This document shows positions 61,751-64,000 of a stretch of 64,000 nt of DNA, one piece after another. Both the position numbers and the translations under genes were made by a program. The notes beneath the pieces are model-generated. The model was not told the DNA's origin and ran no database searches. It was given only the letters and a program-made list of their open reading frames with translations. Source of the stretch: Antedon mediterranea (taxonomy: Eukaryota; Animalia; Echinodermata); NCBI RefSeq assembly GCF_964355755.1, contig NC_092671.1, forward strand, positions 16,740,001 to 16,804,000. The letters are read 5' to 3'. The number at the start of each line of letters is the position of its first letter. Within the stretch, counting starts at the first letter, position 1.

Positions 61751-64000
61751 TGACTCGTTATATAGTGTTAAGCATGTTCAAAATCGAAAGTACAGTAATT
61801 ATTAAATATAACTATGACATTTTTGAAATGATAAATTAGCATAACAGACTTTGAATACAGATGATGGCACTTTAGTATGAATACCAACATATGCCTTGGA
61901 AAGTTAAAAAAAATGAATTGTAAACAACAAACAGAACATACAAATGCCAAGTACTATTTAAGAAAACAGTAGTAGCATTCCATAGCACAAATCTCTGGTG
62001 TGTCAAAAAGAACTACGTATTCTATTTAGACCCTGTTCCAATTGGCTTTTTGCCTGTCTTGATTCATCCATAACTTAATATTTTAGGGGGGAGCTGAGCT
62101 TAATCAAAAAGATACATAAATTTATATATAACGCTTTTACTTACTTTTATGACTTTTAATTTTACCCAAAGGAACTGTTGGTACTCAATAATCTATTTAA
62201 AATTGGTAAATCATTTTTGTGCATATTCAAATTGTTTGAAGTGAAATTAAATGTTACCTTTTATAGCCTTTAAGTCAGAAAACTCTCCAATGGGATTAGT
62301 AAAACCATCTATCTGATTATGTACCTGAGTAGGGGTTGGTCTTAACAAATTGGGTAACAAATATATTTCCGATTTCACAGAAAAGTGTACCATGGGTTCT
62401 ACTTCATTTTTCAAGCACAAGATAATTGATATGAAAAAAAAAAAAATAATAAAAAATAACAGATCAGATTTCTATATAATAATATAATACTACTCTATTT
62501 CTACGTTTGTCTCCTCCACCCCCAGAAAAAAACTTGGAACTTTGGAAAGCAAGTAAATTAGTTATTCCGCTGAAAAATAAAAATTGATTAAATAAATTTG
62601 AAGGTCAATGTCATACTTAACAAACGTAACCAACAATTCTACAACCACAAAGGGGTTAAATCCCTGTTGTAATCAGAGTTCACAAACGCCGAAAAATAAT
62701 TTCACGGATATTTAGCAACGAAGACCTACAACCTTGTCCCTAACCTTGATGTTTATCTCATTCTTTATCTGTGACATTAGATTATTCTGGAAAATATCCA
62801 AAAAACAGTTGCAACAGCATCAACAAGAACTCAATCTTACTAGGATGTAGAGTTTATTTAAATATTTATATAGTTTTAGATTCTATAAAAAGAAAATTTG
62901 TAAAGCAAATTAAAAAAAAAAAGATTCTAGTTCAAGTTTTATTGAACATTTATACCTGTCATTTATTTAAAAGCATAGTTTGATGGGAAATACATATTCA
63001 GAAACTGTAGCATTAATGTACATCCGTGCTCAATAAAGTTAATTGCGAATGATCGTAATAACATAGTGACCAAAGTGATATGTATGTTGGCCAAAAAAGA
63101 ATAATTTAAAGGATTGAAAATGTATGCAAAGCATCATTTAAACACATTGCAAAGTAGTTAAAGCCTTTTGTACGCAAAATGCTTGAGAACAGTGCATCAT
63201 GATTAATCAGTGACTTGTGTCAATCAAAATGATTATTATTGGTAAATAAAAAACATTTTACTTGGAAAACTGTTTGCCTGTTATGATTAAGTTTATATGA
63301 ATTATTTTTAGCACAACCAATCAATTGTCAGTAAGTGATTTTTTTTCTATAAAACTTTGCATTATCTTTTGATAAGGACACTTTATTGACAAAATAAATT
63401 ATGAACTTATAATTTGGTGACAATCATCATTCAAGTCCATGTGTGTAAATTGTAAACACATCAATAACAAAAAGTATTTTAAAAGCTCTTGATGAAGTAG
63501 TCTAATTGGTAAAACTTAGCATAATAATTTATAAAACAGGTTCAATATAGTTTCTAGGAAATTTGCTATTTGTTTTAAAGCTTGTCAACTGAACTTGGCT
63601 GATTGATTGATTGAACTATACTATAGAACTAGAAATATTTCATGCAAATCTTTTTTCCATGTTTAATTTATTCTAAATTAAGTTTGAAAATGTTATAATT
63701 ATATCATTCAATCAACATGCACCTTAATTGCTGGCGTTTAATGAATGTGTATCAATTGAATTGATAATAATTATAATAATAAAGTAATTACTGATTCATC
63801 TCAAGATAAAAGCTAATTCTCAAATTTTGAGCAATTGAGCACAAAAAAAAAACCACTAAATCAGTCAGTCAATCAATCACTCAATCAATGCATTTATTCA
63901 TCTTATTTTCATACAAAATAATATATAAAACTTAAAAGAAAGCACATTTTAATCAATAAAATAAAAGGTAAACAGCATAGAACACAATAAAGATAGTCCT

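Noticed and set aside
11699-63560. Scattered TTCnnnGAA STAT sites (about 11700, 12520, 53255, 56508, 59368, 61279, 63553)
   Set aside because: Roughly 20 are expected by chance in 64 kb at this composition; no clear clustering.

Overview
AT-rich, intron-rich animal genomic DNA, not prokaryotic. An invertebrate deuterostome such as an echinoderm is my inference from the SINE type and gene content. Two spliced minus-strand genes can be reconstructed by hand. (1) The 5' part of a gp130/IL6ST-type class I cytokine receptor: 7 coding exons from 13273 down to 1680, encoding signal peptide, Ig domain, a cytokine-binding module with CxW and a perfect WSEWS motif, and the start of a further FN3 domain. 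It runs off the left end. (2) The last two exons of a stand-alone NAG-type carbamoyl-phosphate synthetase (CPS1/CPS III; 58731-58602 and 54360-54253). The rest is intron or intergenic DNA with many non-autonomous DNA transposons (Harbinger-, Tc1/pogo-, Kolobok-, piggyBac-, MULE- and Helentron-like), tRNA-derived SINEs, RTE LINE fragments and three large tandem arrays. Most notable signals: two minisatellites that grew out of MITE subterminal sequence, several 19-30 bp CAT...ATG remnants with 7-bp target duplications that resemble P-element excision footprints, and an apparent strong excess of TAC(A/T)GTA heptamers resembling Tc1/mariner footprints. Most ORFs in the supplied track are spurious. 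I see no clear evidence of a wholly new multi-gene system. All alignments and counts were done by eye.
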